Shown one piece after another: positions 1 through 11,965 of a stretch of DNA of 64,000 nt (the stretch's first letter is position 1; each line of letters opens with the position of its first letter). The notes beneath the pieces are model-generated. The model did not search any database, was not told the origin of the DNA, and was given only the letters and a program-made list of their open reading frames with translations. Origin of the DNA: Lytechinus pictus (taxonomy: Eukaryota); the NCBI RefSeq assembly GCF_037042905.1, contig NC_087252.1, forward strand, positions 18,230,001 through 18,294,000, read 5' to 3'. Position numbers and translations under genes: made by a program.

Positions 1-1565
1 TGAGCCACGATATTCCCCATAGAGATTACACGTTCCCATAGAGATTACACGTAAGCAAATTTGAGAATTACAAATCCAATTTTGCAAGCGAAAAACGGGC
101 ATGATCCTGACATCTGATCGAAAAATGGAGGGCACACTTCCGAAAGCTTAGAATCTCAGCTACATCATACCAAAAGCTCAGGGATAACTAACAAGAAAAA
201 ATGGAGATATAGCTCACGAAATAGAGGAATGTAGAATCTAGTTTTGAGAAAAAGTCATGTCCCATAGAGATTACACGTAAAATGAGGAAAAATGACATGC
301 CTCTTTTCATCGCAATTTTACACCATGATGCGTTTTTCAAAATGAAAATTCATGTTTACTGACGAGAAAGAGTACATTCTAAACTACAACATATCGAAAT
401 CTGGGCGACAAATGATCAATATTCACGGAGTTATGATCAAATTTGCATAAATTTGATGACGTCATTTTTGAAAAAATGAAATTTTCAGTTTAGGCGCAAT
501 TTTGATGACGTCATGATCAAATTGAGGGACAATGGTGACATGAAATCAAATTTACAACTCATACTCTATCGATATATGAAAAAAAATTGGGGGTCAACGG
601 ACTATTTAAAGAGCTACAGTGAATTTTTAATAGGCATGTTTTTGCCCGTATATGGCCTATAGTAAGAGCTCGCGCGCACACGTGCTGCAAAGTTTAACGG
701 GTGTTAATTTCGTTATTAATGGTCGTAGAAGGTTGATCAAGGTATCAAATTGCTCAGAATTATATTATCAATGCAACGATAAAAAAAAACGGCGTTTCTG
801 CGTTGCTTTGAAGGCGTTACGCGCGGAAACGCGCGCGCATACCTGTGCGTGCGCAAATTTTTGAAATGCTTAAAATGACCTGAAACGTACTTTACTTTGG
901 TCAAAAAGTGATTTTGAGCATTTTAAAAATTTGACGAGCGCGTACGCGCGCGTCGTGACCTCCAGGTGACCTTTGATGACATGACCTGTTGACCCTTGAC
1001 CTGAAGTTGATGTGATGTTAATTTGATCGATTTTTGATAATTGATAATGGAGATATGATCGACAATGTGATTTTACAAAATGGCGCCTGGATGACGTCAT
1101 CATGACCTGATGACCTTGAAAAAGTTGATTTTACTTGAAATCATACGGCTTGATGACTGACAGAAATTTGAAGGAAATTGACCATGTCGATTTCGAGTGA
1201 ACGTGTGTACAAAAAAGTGTACGGAAGAAATAAAAATAAACTAGATTTTAATTCGTCATGCGGACGAATTAGGTGGTCTGTCCTTATTCTCGCCATCATG
1301 ATCACTATTACCATGTTCAAGCAGATCAATATGATCTTCATGATGACAACGGAATGTTCATTATGGATGGAATACTTGTGAAAGACGGGAGATGATAAAG
1401 CACTGTGAAAAGGGTCTCTTTGATATATGAAAATACATGTGATATGAAAAAAGTAATTATAATCTGTTTAATCTTGCTAAATTTTAACTTTAATACCTTT
1501 TAATTATCATAAAGGATCATGTACGAGGTGGTAAAAAGAAAAAAAAATGAAAAAAAAATCATCTT

Positions 1566-1632
1566 GTTCACCCCCAGGACTCGAACCTGCGCCCCCGAGA
1601 ACTCAAGTCAAGTGCGTTATCCATTGAGCCAC
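1566..1632 (-). promoter_or_regulatory. tRNA-derived Pol III-type cassette (A box, B box, oligo-T) inside the subfamily A body
   Basis: Minus strand GTGGCTCAATGG...GGTTCGAGTCC followed by a T run; no complete cloverleaf. Confidence 0.55.
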
Positions 1633-2894
1633 GATATTCCCCATAGAGATTACACGTTCCCATAGAGATTACACGTAAGCAAATTTGAGAATTACAAATC
1701 CAATTTTGCAAGCGAAAAACGGGCATGATCCTGACATCTGATCGAAAAATGGAGGGCACACTACCGAAAGCTTAGAATCTCAGCTACATCATACCAAAAG
1801 CTCAGGGATAACTAACAAGAAAAAATGGAGATATAGCTCACGAAATAGAGGAATGTAGAATCTAGTTTTGAGAAAAAGTCATGTCCCATAGAGATTACAC
1901 GTAAAATGAGGAAAAATTATATGCCTCTTTTCATCGCAATTTTACACCATGATGCGTTTTTCAAAATGAAAATTTATGATAACTGACGAGAAAGAGTACA
2001 TTCTAAACTACAACATATCGAAATTTGGGCGACAAATGATCAATATTAACGGAGTTATGATCAAATTTGCATAAATTTTATGACGTCATTTTTGAAAAAA
2101 TAAAATTTTCAGTTTAGGCGCAATTTTGATGACGTCATGATCAAATTGAGGGACAATGGTGACATGAAATCAAATTTACAACTCATACTCTATCGATATA
2201 TGAAAAAAAATTGGGGGTCAACGCACTATTTAAGGAGCTACAGTGAATTTTTAATAGGCATGTTTTTGCCCATATATGGCCTATAGTAAGAGCTCGCGCG
2301 CACACGTGCTGCAAACTTTAACCGGTGTTAATTTCGTTATTAATGGTAGTAGAAGGTTGATCAAGGTATCAAATTGCTCAGAATTATATTATCAATGCAA
2401 TGATATAAAAAAAATGGCGTTTCTGCGTTGCGTTGAAGGCGTTACGCGCGGAAACGCGCGCGCATACGTGTGCGTGCGCAAATTTTTGAAATGCTTGAAA
2501 TGACCTAAAACGTACTTTACTTTGGTCAAAAAGTGATTTTGAGCATTTTAAAAATTTGACGAGCGCGTACGCGCGCGTCATGACCTCCAGGTGACCTTTG
2601 ATGACATGACCTGTTGACCCTTGACCTGAAGTTGATGTGATGTTAATTTAATTGATTTTTGATAATTGATAATGGAGATATGATCGACAATGTGATTTTA
2701 CAAAATGGCGCCTGGATGACGTCATCATGACCTGATGACCTTGAAAAAGTTGATTTTACTTGAAATCATAGGGCCTGATGACTGACAGAAATTTGAAGGA
2801 AATTGACCATGTCGATTTCGAGTGAACGTGTGTACAAAAAAGTGTACGGAAGAAATAAAAATAAATAAAGAATAAATAAAGAATAATAAATAAA

Positions 2895-3336
2895 GAAAGA
2901 AAATTCTAGCGAAATCAAGAGGTGATCTGTCGTTGACAGACCACCTAATAAATAAATAAATAAATAAAGAAAGAAAATTCTGGCGAAATCAATAGGTGAT
3001 CTGTCGTTGACAGACCACCTAATAAAGAATAAAGAATAATAAATAAAGAAAGAAAATTCTGGCGAAATCAATAGGTGATCTGTCATAGACAGACCACCTA
3101 ATAAAGAATAAAGAAATAAATAAATAAAGAAAGAAAATTCTGGCAAAATCAAGAGGTGATCTGTCAAAGACAGACCACCTAATAAATAAAGAATAAAGAA
3201 TAATAAAGAAAGAAAATTCTGGCGAAATCAATAGGTGATCTGTCGTTGACAGACCACCTAATAAAGAATAAAGAATAATAAAGAAAGAAAATTCTGGCGA
3301 AATCAATAGGTGATCTGTCATAGACAGACCACCTAA
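2895..3336 (-). repeat. Six stacked terminal modules (about 74-81 bp period) of the Helentron-like element
   Basis: AGGTGATCTGTC-nnn-GACAGACCACCTAA at about 2920, 2994, 3073, 3154, 3233 and 3308, separated by variable AAT/AAAG tracts. Confidence 0.9.
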
Positions 3337-4551
3337 AAATGCCTTGATTTCTGAGAAACGTCGGGGTAGGGCACAATAGTAAACTCACCATGAATTAAAA
3401 AAATATATATATTACACTATTTGGTCTTTAGAAGAGATTAAACTCTATAGGATGACAGCTTGGTTTCTGGAAATATTGACTACCATTAATAGTACTAATG
3501 AAATACTGATTTAAGTTATATGCATTTGGTTGTTCTGGGCGGTGTTTCGATGTTCATGCATTGATCAAGACAAGTATATGGGGAAAAGGGAAACATTGGA
3601 ATATTGTATTTTGATTTGATTTGATTTGATTTGATTTTTCATTTCATTTCATTTATTTTCCACAAATCAATCAAAATACAAAAACATATAACTCATTCCG
3701 AAATAGTATGCATAATGACAATATAAATGCAGATTCAAAGTGGATGGACCTAAAGTAAAGCAAAAGCTTGTTGTGGATAGGCCCTTAACAAATAATTAAT
3801 CATTGATTGTAATCATTGATAGCTAAAAATAGTTACAGAAAAGATAGAGCTGAGCTCGGAGAAAGTTACATAAATGGACAAGGACGAAAACAGAGAACGT
3901 TACAAAGAACAGGGACACACGAGTTACTAGACAAGACAAGGAAGACAAAGCAAAACGTAAAAGAAAGAAAGAAGGAAAGAAGGAAAGATTTGTTTTAGTA
4001 CTAAAAAACAGAAAATAATTTTTACCAATGTGCTACAGGGGTCACAGAATTGTTTTGAAAGAGTGGGTATGACGGCCTACAATGCAAAAAAAAAAACCAC
4101 ACAAACAGGTGGTCATTTTCTTTCTTTCTTTCCCCCTTTTCCTATTCAAATAAACATTTATTTTCTTTCATTTTCACAGAAAATCACTTTTTTCCACACC
4201 CCTCAGTCACCCCCTCCCTTCTACGCGGCCATTGTGTTATGCATTGCATTTGTACCAATATCGATGACTTTGGATTATTGAAAATCTTATTCATTTATTT
4301 ACTTATCTATTCACTTATTTTGTTTCATTAATTTTATACTGCGTCGGGGTTGGTCTGTACAGTTTTGAAGAGAAAAAAAACCGGTTTACAAAGATCGACG
4401 CCCTGCAGTTGAAAAAATGAGAAACATTTTTAGAAACAGCTAAAACATAGACATGTACATTCATGTCACATTTCAGAATTTTTCGTCTAATCAGTTGGAC
4501 ATATAAAACCTAATCACCCACAATAAAATTGACAACAAAATGGAAAAATAT

Positions 4552-4633
4552 CGTAGTCGGCAGGGTTCGAACCTGCGCGGGGAGACCCCAATAGATTTCT
4601 AGTCTATCGCCTTAACCACTCGGCCACGACTAC
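4552..4633 (-). tRNA. tRNA-Ser (anticodon AGA)
   Basis: Reverse complement GTAGTCGTGGCCGAGTGGTTAAGGCGATAGACTAGAAATCTATTGGGGTCTCCCCGCGCAGGTTCGAACCCTGCCGACTACG; 82 nt, long variable arm, T-run terminator downstream. Confidence 0.96.
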
Positions 4634-4987
4634 CGTACTTACTCGTAATCGAGAACGGTAGAGGGAGATTCATTACATTTTAAATAGCACGATTATTTAT
4701 TAAGTTAATAAATAATCGTGCTATTGATAATGACTCCTGACTTTGAGCTATGAATGGAAGTGGTGTCGGAACTGCTGCCGAGGGTGGGGATACTGCCAAC
4801 AAAAGCTATATATATTTTATTTATGAATTATTTAATTAATTTATTTATCTTTAGATATGTTAATTCACTTATTGTAGATGAATTTATAGATATATTTATT
4901 CATTCATTTTTCTATTAAATCGATTTATATATTTTGGGGGTTGGGGGCTTATTTCGCTATTGGGCGTTGGTGAAGGTGCTTTCGGTA

Positions 4988-5076
4988 CTGGTGGCGGTGG
5001 TGGTTTGGGTGGTGGTGATGATGATGATGATGGATGATGGTGATGATTGTAGATGATGATTGAGTGATAATGGGGG

Positions 5077-5128
<52 letters not shown>

Positions 5129-5150
5129 GATGATTATGATGGATGGATGG
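4988..5150. repeat. (GGT)n/(GAT)n microsatellite
   Basis: Directly visible; explains the poly-His/Pro ORF. Confidence 0.9.
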
Positions 5151-6532
5151 ATGATATTTGAGTGTTAACGATAATGATGTGTGATGATGGTAAAATGCAT
5201 GATATATGCATATTACCGTAATCACTGTCGACCAAGTTTGATCATTCATTATGATGATGACAAAAAAATGTAAGAAGGGATGTAAAGCCGGGGGGGGGGC
5301 TCAAAGACAGATTATGAATATAAAATATCAATTACGCTTAATCATTAACCACAACATATCAAGTGCAATATTTGCCTTTGGTTTGTATTCACTCGTACAT
5401 GACTTCAAAGATCCATATATTCACACTAAGGTTTATCAATGATATGAGCCGCGGAAATATTTTGAAGGGGGAGGGGGTTGACCATGCATGAAATTATGAC
5501 ATTGTGATGATGATCATTTTCACCTTTTAGTGAAAAAGTGGGGGCTTTATCCCCTCCTCCCCCACCCTTCGATATTCGTTCCGCTGCCACTGAGTCGGTG
5601 TAGCAACATTCTTCTTCTAGTAGCCAAATTAATTTGCTCAAAGCAATTTTGTTTTGAAAACATATTGGAATATTCGAAGACGAACTTATGCATGCTGCTG
5701 TCTGCATGAAACACCTACTAACTATTGTATATAGACATGATAGAGGTCAAATGCAACTTTGGCCTACTACTCGCCTCAGTATAAGTACTCATCACGCTAC
5801 CATATGATTATATCAAAAGGAATATACAACTCAAACTAACACTCATTATTACGTCATAATTAGATTATGGTCTCTACATGGTTTATCTATCAATAGGTGT
5901 TATGATATCTCCCACTTATATCGTGTGGAAGTTGACATCTGTCTATGTAATAGGTCACAGTGTGAAACTGACTCCAGTCAGACCAGTATATATGATTACG
6001 TTATTTCCAGTGCATGGCATGCCATCGGTTGAATTGGGATTCATTTCGTTGATGTGGCTGGGGCTAGTATCAGAGTATTATGATTATGCCTATACCTAAT
6101 TGGATCGGGGGCAGCTCCGGGACAGAGGGGCAGAGGGTCGCCACTATGACTTTCAAATGAAATATGGAATGATACTAGTAGTAAACAGAGAATAGTATTT
6201 TGAAAACAATTGTTTTTCCTACAATACCGCCCCCCCCCCCCCAAAAAAAAAAAATGAATAGAAATAAGAAAAATAAATAAGTCATTAAAAATAACATAAA
6301 AGTAAATTAGATATAAAAAGAAATCAAGTTACCTCGCCCCCTTCCAAATTACTGGGATATCGCCCCAACCTCCCAAGGGCTATTTTTTAAAGAAATATAA
6401 GACAGATTTCCAAAAATGTTAAATGGAGATTGAGTAGGCCATATGATGGGGCTAACAATCAAATCACATTTTTTTCTTATTAGGTTTAAATAATGATTAT
6501 AATCATTATGCCCATAAGTAGGCCTAGTAATA

Positions 6533-6870
<338 letters not shown>

Positions 6871-7072
6871 ACTAAAACAACAGTAATGAATAACAACATT
6901 TGTGATAATGATATGAATTCCAAAAATAAACAAAAAAAGTCTTAAGTTTGGTGTGAGTTAAAAATGAAATAAAGCCACATAATATTCCTTTGAGGAAACT
7001 TCGATACATTATAGAACAACATATAGGGGATTATCCCATCATTATCTTTCCAACATACTGACACTTCACCAA

Positions 7073-7154
7073 GTAGTCGTGGCCGAGCGGTCAAGGCGAT
7101 AGACTAGAAATCTATTGGGGTCTCCCCGCGCAGGTTCGAATCCTGCCGACTACG
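7073..7154 (+). tRNA. tRNA-Ser (anticodon AGA)
   Basis: GTAGTCGTGGCCGAGCGGTCAAGGCGATAGACTAGAAATCTATTGGGGTCTCCCCGCGCAGGTTCGAATCCTGCCGACTACG followed by a T run. Confidence 0.96.
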
Positions 7155-7414
7155 ATTTTTCTTTTTTTGCCTGACCAATAATTTTGAAAAGTATTTTTTG
7201 TTCATGGAAGAAAATTGCGAAGCTGGTTATCCCATCGTAAACTAGGTCGATTGAATTCTCGAGGTCGAGTGCCCTTTGATATTTTGTTTATACAAGACAA
7301 ATGGGTGATTAGGAGAAACATTGTGCGCTCAGATATACGGTTTTGAAAGTGGGGAACTGATTAGGTTAAACCAAAATCATAATTAAGATTGTAATTTTGT
7401 ATATACACATTTAC

Positions 7415-7579
7415 CAGGGGCCGCGGAACCGGGGGGGGGGGGGGGGCTTCACCCCCCCCCCCCCTCTCCACTTTTTTTCAAAACCGTGTACAAAAACGTA
7501 AAAATGACCATATGATTCTGATTTTTAGCATGGTCAGCCCCCCCCCCCCCCCACTTTGAAAATCGTTCCGCGGCCCCTG
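7415..7579. mobile_element. Short MITE with poly-G/C sub-termini
   Basis: TIRs CAGGGGCCGCGGAAC / GTTCCGCGGCCCCTG; related copy in opposite orientation at about 38577-38758. Confidence 0.7.
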
Positions 7580-7654
7580 TTAACTGTATAAAAGGTGTGT
7601 TAGAGGGGAAGGTGGGGGGGGGGGGGTCCGCGGCCCCTGGTGTATATAACCTAC

Positions 7655-7876
7655 CTGTTATGCTTTCAATTCCAGTTGAGTCGTAAGCGTAATGAATATT
7701 CTCTCCGTACTTGTGTTCAGTTCTGTGTGATAACTGGGCCTTCTTTGCGCATTTATCCGCCCAGTCCTGCGCGTACTTGTTCATTCTACCGTCCAGTTTC
7801 AATGCAGGAGCGCCGTGCTGCGCACGATACTTATTGTGGGCCTTCAGCGCATCTCTCTTGAACTTTGACCTGTACC
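7655..7876 (-). CDS. GLIPR2: Internal exon of a CAP/SCP-domain protein, GAPR-1/GLIPR2-like
   Basis: Acceptor TTTTTTTTTCAG, donor GTAGGT, phase 1-1. Translation YRSKFKRDALKAHNKYRAQHGAPALKLDGRMNKYAQDWADKCAKKAQLSHRTEHKYGENIHYAYDSTGIESIT contains the CAP motifs L-AHN-YR--H, AQ-WA and H...YGENI. The symbol reflects family resemblance, not proven orthology. Confidence 0.88.
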
Positions 7877-9679
7877 CTGAAAAAAAAAACAGGCAATAAA
7901 ATTGATATTAGAAATTATATCAAACTTTTACAGTAAACACAGTTTAGAAGCCTATACATTAATTGTTATAGTAAAGAACTTACAGATTTCTCCTCGCAGG
8001 CAGTTCGAGTGAACGAAAATGATGTAAGAAAAATAATAACGAAATATCTTAAAGTGCCATCGACTTGACAGCAGTCTAATTATGTCGACATGCCGAGATA
8101 AGTTATCTTGCCGAGTCGACTTTAAAAAATGGCATGTTGACATGGCAAGATATTTTATCTTGCCAATTAAGTCGACTTGTAAAAAAGTGATATGTCGACA
8201 TATAACTTTTTTATAAGTCGACTAGGCGAAATAACTTAACTTCGGCCCTACAGTAGTTGCTTAACAGTTTGAGCAGCCATGCTTTATTTTTTGAGAATTA
8301 AATATCAAAAATTAAATTAAACTTTGTTGTTATCAACTTTGTCTTCACGGACATTTCAAGTCCTTACAGTGACTCTAATTATCCATGGCATTTCAACATC
8401 AATGTCATCATCGCCAGCATTGTGGGCTTTAACTTAAGAACTCTTTGCCAGCTAATTCGGATTATTATTTTGGGATTAACCAGAACTGACTCTTAAGATC
8501 ATTCTTTTTTTCACTTTGTGCTTTATTTTTCATGTAAATAAAAAAGAGGAAAATAATCTAAGTAAATTATTTTTGTTATCTGTTGGATATTTCTTTAATA
8601 TCGTAACAACGTGCATGGAGATAATAAAAAATATGGTATTGCTCTGAGAGCTTTCTTTATTAGAGTATATAGACTTCATTGACCATCCGTGGCGGGCATT
8701 ATGCGTGAGATAATCGAGCAAATAACGAATAGTGATATTACCATGATTATCTTCACGAATATGAATACGAGTGTCTTTCACAATTATAAAGGCTTTCCGA
8801 GAAGCTATCGTGACAGTTTTGTATAAAAAAAAGTTGGGAAAATCACAGAGTTTTTATGATTATTTAACCAATAAATTGACATTTGAAAATAAAATCTGAA
8901 CTTGATTGCAAAGTGAATAAATGATAATACTTGTACGAAATATTAAATAATAGAGGACAGAAATAAACGGACAGGGAGGGAGAGAGAGAGAGATAGAGGG
9001 GGGCAGCAAGGGAAAAGGAAGGGTTCTATTTTTTGGAGTATCGGACGTTTTTGTACCCTTTGTTGCATCCCATTCCTTAATAACACTGATGATTCCCATT
9101 TCCCATCATACGCCTAACTATCTTCCTACACACTTAAAAATAGGTAGTCAAAATTTGACTAGTTTGGGAGGTCATTTCAAAATAACCCTGGATGTAGTCA
9201 AATTTGACTGCATATGGGGTCAACCTTTCACTGTTTACTTTGCCTTTTGGCTTTTTGACTGCGCCGGAAGTTAAAAATGACTAGGTGTATGAAGTGGAAA
9301 AATAACTTGCCTAAAGAGTCATCATCAAAATGACTGCAATGGAAGTTGAACGGCGGAGGGATATATTACTGTGTGCATTGTTCAATAATCAATAGTTATT
9401 TTGCTAATACTTGTAATGTTGTAATAGCAAACAAATTTAATCAGTGTGAAAGAAACAACATTTTAAAACTTTCCATGTATTTCACTTCATTTGCGTTGTG
9501 ATATATATTATTTTTATCAAAGAACTATTTTACTTCAGGTCGAATCACTCAATGTATGGTGAGTATATCGATTTCGAATTTCCCGCCGCGTACCGGTACC
9601 GTATACCGTACGTACGTCTCAAGCAAGTTAGTTGCAAATTTTTTACTGCAGTCTGCATGCGACCGCTTAGTTGGTGTTG

Positions 9680-9737
9680 ATGATGGAGAGGCTCCTAAAT
9701 AAGTGGGGATTAGGTGGTTTAGTTGCTGTGTTTGAAG
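9680..9737 (+). pseudogene. Probable first coding exon of the transposon-borne SAMD3-like gene (start of a SAM-like helix)
   Basis: Frame reads ERLLNKWGLGGLVAVFE then GTAAGA donor and resembles a SAM-domain N-terminus. Whether the ATG at 9680/9683 is in frame depends on the G-run length near 9685. The following SAM exon was not found. Confidence 0.5.
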
Positions 9738-10056
9738 GTAAGAAATTTGTCTTGAGTGTCAAACATATTTGTGTCTTTACTATGTAAACTTACATGATTG
9801 TAGTATTTCGTTAAGCTTAAGTAATTTCACAAAATAACACGTTGACATTGGCATTGCCATTGCAGTGCATGGCATCATGTAACCCAGAGAGCTCCCGCCC
9901 GCGCAGCGGGCGGGAGCCCAGAATCTAAGACTTAGTAACACTTAACATAACAGACATTAATGCTAAGTCAATCGTATTTCAACACTGATTATTCTGAAGT
10001 AAAGCGTTCCTGAATAAAATAAACTGCCGAGAATTATACTTATTCATATGAAGATG

Positions 10057-10131
10057 AAATAGAGGGGACGGACTAGGCCTAAACTTCAACTTTCAAGCTC
10101 GAAGTTTGGGCCTAGTCCGTCCCCGCTATTT
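10057..10131. repeat. Inverted repeat / hairpin with about 31-bp arms
   Basis: AAATAGAGGGGACGGACTAGGCCTAAACTTC ... GAAGTTTGGGCCTAGTCCGTCCCCGCTATTT. Confidence 0.8.
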
Positions 10132-11559
10132 TCATACCCCATGACTACATCGACAATCTCGCTAGCCGGCTAGCATCGGCGATATCAAAGGCCGGATCCC
10201 GCTCTGACCATATCCCTACATTGACCTAAATTTGAATAGGCCTAAAATCGACAGTTTGTCGTTACTAAAAAACAGGAGGTCGGAAACAAGTCCACATCTA
10301 CCCCTGATAATTGTCTAATCACAATAAAACTGAAATAAAGGTTTACTTTGGACCTACATGAAGCATTCCGATGAATGTCTAGATCTACGACAAACTATAT
10401 AGACCCCTAGTCCTAGATATAGTATTTTTTGAGAAACTCAATGATCACACTTATTTGGAAATCAGGCAAAAGAAATATTGAAATTCAGGTTTACATAGTG
10501 CGTAATACAGGATGAGCCCCGAACCCCGGCAAACACATTACAATTTGCAAGTGAGATCAAAACATGAAAATGAGCGTAACTTACTTTTATTCCTATGGAA
10601 TGTCATTAGAATAGTATTGATGTTCCCTTCAAGATTTTCCGCTCCAATGAAGTTCACTCAGAAACCATGATTTCGAACATCAATTCTATAAACAGATAAT
10701 TAGTCTAGCTATTTCGTTTCAGAAACTTCAAATTTGCAGAGTCCAAAAGAACGACACTTCGCACAGATATCGTAGGGAATTGTGGGACGGAAAAAAATGT
10801 TTAATGCATGAGTACCGTACATGAATAAAACATTAGCGTTTAATCCAATCATACAAGTGCATTATGCGTATTTTGACGTCATTCTCATGAATAAAACATT
10901 GACCCTCCAAAATCATCCTTCAAATTGTCCGCCGGCAGCCATGTTGGCTATGTACAAAACCTATGGGAAAACACGCGGAAAGAGTTCCCTCTCTAGTATA
11001 CGTAAGATCGTATCTCTGTGCCTACAACACACAGTACAATGTCCCATGCAATGTCTATGTGCTTGTGTGCTTTACGCATACACACAACCCAGTGTGTATG
11101 CAATGAATATGATATTTAGCCACTGTATCTTCTGTTTGACATATTTCCCCATTATGTTGATACCCCTATTCCGAAATTGATGAACCTATATGGTATGATA
11201 AGTTTATTGAACTTTATTGAACCCTGTATGTCTAGACTATTCCATTTTCAGTTAGGTATGTGGTGCATCATAAATGACTTGGAAGTACTAACAATTGTTT
11301 TTCTCACAAGTAAAATGTATTCTTATAACTGCAGGAATTTATTTTTTCATAAAGATGTTATTTCTTAAGATTTATGTCTATCATTCATCCCATGTAAAGC
11401 TCCTACAGGTTGCATAGGGCCAATGTCTTATTACTCTGAAATCTTATATCCCCATAAGTAAGTGCTGTGTTCCACACTAAGTATAGATTAGACTCTCAAG
11501 TTGCCAATGGGAAGAGTGGTCATTGAAATCCTCTCTGACAGGCCCTCTGTCGCGAATGA

Positions 11560-11965
11560 GTTAAATCGTAAGCACAGCTTACATCGCAAAATTGGATGTT
11601 CAGTTGAATTTTTGGACAGTTGAAAATTAACGCAAAAAATTGCATTTTGAAAATGAATAGAGTTTTGTGTCTGATATGAAGACAAATATTGGATTTTGGA
11701 CCCTGAAATTTTTTTTTGATGTTAAGCCGGCATGTACAATTTTGTACGCCAATGTTAGAAAAGACGCGCAAGCGTCGTTTTAAATCGTAAGCACAGCTTA
11801 CATCGCAAAATTGGACGTTCGGTCAGATTTTTGGACAGTTGAAAATTAACGCAAAAAATTGCATTTTGAAAATGAATAGAGTTTTGACAAATAGACAAAT
11901 ATTGGATTTGGGACCCTGAAATTTTTAGAATTGGATGTTTAGAATTGCAAAATTGGACGTTCATT
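11560..11965. repeat. Local tandem duplication, period about 219 bp
   Basis: TTAAATCGTAAGCACAGCTTACATCGCAAAATTGGA at about 11561 and 11780 with shared downstream sequence. Confidence 0.8.

Larger units (their letters stand above)
1..3336 (-). mobile_element. Array of non-autonomous Helentron/Helitron2-like elements, subfamily A (about 1.62-kb body; one partial and one full body plus six stacked termini; continues left of window)
   Basis: Direct repeat with period 1624 (ORFs at 652 and 2276). On the minus strand the element starts TTAGGTGGTCTGTC-nnn-GACAGATCACCT (palindrome, 3308-3336) and ends GACAGACCACCTAA, hairpin TTCGTC-CGCAT-GACGAA, TTAAAATCTAG (1241-1282). Sub-terminal inverted repeats, a 3' stem-loop and TT insertion sites match Helentron/DINE-1-type elements. 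Orientation is inferred. Confidence 0.8.

Noticed and set aside
652..864. Recurrent MAYS(K/E)SSRAHVLQ ORFs and the antisense MICCSLV/MTKTEY ORFs
   Set aside because: Short, with frames that shift between copies at A-run indels and no recognisable domain; they recur only because the DNA is repeated.
1566..1632. tRNA gene inside the repeat units
   Set aside because: A and B boxes are present but there is no proper acceptor or anticodon stem; recorded as a tRNA-derived cassette.
2895..3336. CRISPR-like array of palindromic 29-bp repeats (also 58525-58846)
   Set aside because: The spacers are related A-rich tracts plus a constant segment, not unique sequences. No cas genes, eukaryotic context, and the repeat is a transposon terminus.
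7449..7654. C-terminal part of the 117-aa ORF as part of the CAP protein
   Set aside because: Read-through past the donor at 7654 into intron and MITE sequence.
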